A stretch of 64,000 nt of DNA from a virus (taxonomy: Duplodnaviria > Caudoviricetes). Made by a program: the position numbers and the translations under genes. The stretch lies in IMG/VR virus record IMGVR_UViG_3300008267_000012. One strand, written 5' to 3'. The notes beneath the pieces were generated by a model. That model had not been told where the DNA came from. It saw only the letters and a program-made list of their open reading frames with translations, and did not search any database. Positions 61,903-64,000 of this stretch are shown one piece after another; positions within the stretch are counted from its first letter, which is position 1; each line of letters opens with the position of its first letter.

Positions 61903-62910
61903 TTATATTTGATGTGGATTTCCTGAATAAATAATATTTATAAACTGCGGTATTTCACTCATCAAAGTATCATTGATGAAAAATTTCATTTCAATAAAGT
62001 TTTTAAATATTTTAATTTCTTTTTTATAAATCAATTTAAAAATATTTAATTCTTCAACTACATCAACTTTATTAAAAATAATATCAGTTATTCCATTCAT
62101 TTTAATTGCAGGAATTAATGTATCAAGATTTAAATAATTGCATTGTCTTAATCTTCCTGTGGTTGCACCAATTTCTTGACCTACTTGTTGAAATCTTGGC
62201 AATTCAGTATTCTCCAAAGGTTGGAATTGTTTATTCCCAACATATGTCTCATATATCTTGGCAATACCAAATACATTTCCAATCATGTGATGATTAATAC
62301 CTGATGAAATAACACCTGCTATACCGCAATGTGATGATGTAACATATGGGTAATCTCCAAAGTCAATATCTAAACCCCATCCTTGCGCTCCTTCAAAAAG
62401 GAAGTTATTTTTTTGTTCATGAAATAATTCATAGGTATCAACACATAAAAATCCATAAATAGATTTTTCATATCTAATTCCCTTTCTTAAATACTTATCA
62501 CCATAAGCATATGCAATACCTGATTTTGTTGAACCGATAGTAGAACCATCTGAATCTAATTCAATATGTTTCTTTGTTATTATATGCGCTCTTTTATCAA
62601 TTAAAATAAAATTACTAATATCCTTACCTAAGAATGCTGAAAGTTCATCAGTTTCTTTTTGGAGTTTTTCAATATCAACAACTGAGCAAGGACCAATGAT
62701 AGAATATATATCAAAGAATACTCCAACAGGAATCTGATGAGTGACAAATTTACGACCTTTGTGATAAATGGTATGACCTGCATTTGGACCACCGTTATAT
62801 CTTACAACAAAATTATAATAGTTTTTGTTTTCTTGACAAATTGAATAAGCACATTTGGCTTTCGCTTCATCCCCATGTTGGAGACCAATGATAACATCTA
62901 CTTTGTTCAT
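61903..62910 (-). CDS. purA: Adenylosuccinate synthetase, short divergent form
   Basis: GLQHGDEAKAK, RYNGGPNAGHT, EGAQG.GLDIDFGDYPYVTSS, GATTGRLRQC, NKVDV. Confidence 0.88.
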   Translation of the reverse strand: MNKVDVIIGLQHGDEAKAKCAYSICQENKNYYNFVVRYNGGPNAGHTIYHKGRKFVTHQIPVGVFFDIYSIIGPCSVVDIEKLQKETDELSAFLGKDISNFILIDKRAHIITKKHIELDSDGSTIGSTKSGIAYAYGDKYLRKGIRYEKSIYGFLCVDTYELFHEQKNNFLFEGAQGWGLDIDFGDYPYVTSSHCGIAGVISSGINHHMIGNVFGIAKIYETYVGNKQFQPLENTELPRFQQVGQEIGATTGRLRQCNYLNLDTLIPAIKMNGITDIIFNKVDVVEELNIFKLIYKKEIKIFKNFIEMKFFINDTLMSEIPQFINIIYSGNPHQI

Positions 62911-62962
62911 GCTTCAAATATACAATTTTTTTAAAAAAAAGGGAGGTTTCCCTCCCCATTTA

Positions 62963-63994
62963 TTACTCTTCATCAATAAAATAATCGCAAAGAGTATCTT
63001 TATCCATCAACCCATCTTGATAATCCATAATCGCTTTAAGGATTTCAATTTTGGAATGATTTACTTTTAAAACCTGTTGAACATTTTCATCCATAAGATA
63101 ATCATAGATTTTCATTAGTGATGAAGATTTTGCTTTTGGTTCTGTTGTTTTTTCAGGTTTGAAACCCATCATTTTCTTAACCTCATCATCAGAAAGAATT
63201 ACATCTTCAATAGGTTTTTCAACAACAGGTTGTGAAGACTTTACTTCAACTTCATCATCTATATCAAATGTGGGGAAGTTATCATAATCATCAACAATAT
63301 TTTTTGCTTTGATATCTTTAGTGATATTCTTTTTAACACTTTTGATTTCTTCGTCATCACTTGTTGTGACTAATTCAACTATATCTCTTGAATACACTCT
63401 ACCACCTTTATTTTCAATTGCTTGATTGATGATTTTCTCAAGAGTTTTTGCGCTTGATACTTGTTCCATCAGTTTAATTGTTTCACTAAAGGAAATAAGT
63501 TCATCATCAATCTTAACTTGAAGTGATACAGGAATCTTTTCAAACTTCTTTAAGGTTGAGATATTTGCTTGAGTGATTTGCATCATATCAGCAATTTTCT
63601 TGTTATCATAACCAAAACTTTGAAGTCTTGTGATTGCCTTTGCTTTTTCAGAGGTTGTAAGTTGTTTACCTGTTATACCAAGCATTAAGGCTTTCATTAG
63701 AAGTTCATCTTCACTCATCAGTTCAAAAACACGAACAGGAATTTGCCTTTTTGTGTTTTCTTCATTCTCAATGAGAGAAAGAGTTTTAAGTCTTCTATGT
63801 CCTTCAAAGAGTTTATAAATGGGTCTACCATCTTCTAAACTTTTGTTGGTTTCCATTACAAGAAGAGGTGTAAGGATATTTTGTTCTTTGATACTATGAT
63901 AGAGATTTTCTACATCATAGTTCTCTTCTTTACGAGGATTGAATTTTTCAATCACTTCAATTTGGTCCGAAAGGACATAGCTAAACTGTTCCAT
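62963..63994 (-). CDS. ParB/Srx-family protein with HTH and acidic tail
   Basis: FNPRK...LYHSIKEQNILTPLLV...YKLFEGHRRL; EKAKAITRL...KKIADMMQITQANIS. Confidence 0.8.
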   Translation of the reverse strand: MEQFSYVLSDQIEVIEKFNPRKEENYDVENLYHSIKEQNILTPLLVMETNKSLEDGRPIYKLFEGHRRLKTLSLIENEENTKRQIPVRVFELMSEDELLMKALMLGITGKQLTTSEKAKAITRLQSFGYDNKKIADMMQITQANISTLKKFEKIPVSLQVKIDDELISFSETIKLMEQVSSAKTLEKIINQAIENKGGRVYSRDIVELVTTSDDEEIKSVKKNITKDIKAKNIVDDYDNFPTFDIDDEVEVKSSQPVVEKPIEDVILSDDEVKKMMGFKPEKTTEPKAKSSSLMKIYDYLMDENVQQVLKVNHSKIEILKAIMDYQDGLMDKDTLCDYFIDEE

Positions 63995-64000
63995 ATGATT

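Noticed and set aside
61903-62910. PurZ / 2-aminoadenine (Z) genome
   Set aside because: The enzyme keeps the PurA catalytic Asp (GDE) rather than the PurZ Ser (GST) and has a PurA-type TTGR loop; no DatZ/MazZ is recognisable here.
268-63818. Many short antisense or overlapping ORFs in the track (e.g. 1684-2007, 23850-24881, 35431-35970, 44178-45124, 57403-57654, 60101-60397)
   Set aside because: They are shadows of well-supported genes on the other strand or frame, with low-complexity F/L/I/S composition and no promoter motif.
1-64000. Alternative genetic code (stop reassignment)
   Set aside because: Long conserved genes (purB, pyrD, ligase, protease) are intact in code 11, and TAG/TGA stops coincide with gene ends; the only break found (56870) is a frameshift.

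Overview
This window is an AT-rich segment of a very large, probably lytic, tailed-phage (jumbo/megaphage) genome read in the standard code. The host is most likely Bacteroidota: TAnnTTTG -7 boxes precede many genes, leaders are A-rich without Shine-Dalgarno sites, and several ORFs have Bacteroidota-type lipoprotein signals. No capsid or terminase gene lies in the window, so the phage call is inferred. 1-16.5 kb is an array of short minus-strand ORFs punctuated by 19 copies of a terminator+promoter module (TGTAAGAT...TCATATAnTATA). It is interrupted by an island at 4.0-6.7 kb holding a ferritin/Dps-like gene, an origin-like noncoding stretch and a GIY-YIG gene. 16.7-30 kb holds mostly genes behind an ACTATTTA motif (presumed late): secreted/lipoproteins, a NucA nuclease, a tRNA(CAT), a prolyl hydroxylase, an HNH gene and modular proteins whose domains are separated by (L/I)xE motifs. 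30-44 kb has a dedicated ncRNA unit with two covarying Y-RNA-like (YrlA-like) stem-loops, pyrD/pyrF/pyrE-like/purB and an array of shuffled mini-paralogs. 44-64 kb has a GP88-like protein, a TerD-domain protein, an M12B metalloprotease with FN3 repeats, a direct-repeat-flanked GT2+methyltransferase cassette, an RNA ligase, a thioesterase, a frameshifted DUF5664-HAD gene, an AAA ATPase, a divergent purA and a ParB-like gene. Best candidates for new biology: (1) tandem phage Y-like RNAs alongside RNA-repair and Ter genes; (2) a putative capsid-targeting/prohead-protease-cleaved polyprotein system delivering effector domains; (3) several repeat-bounded gene-cassette shuffling mechanisms.
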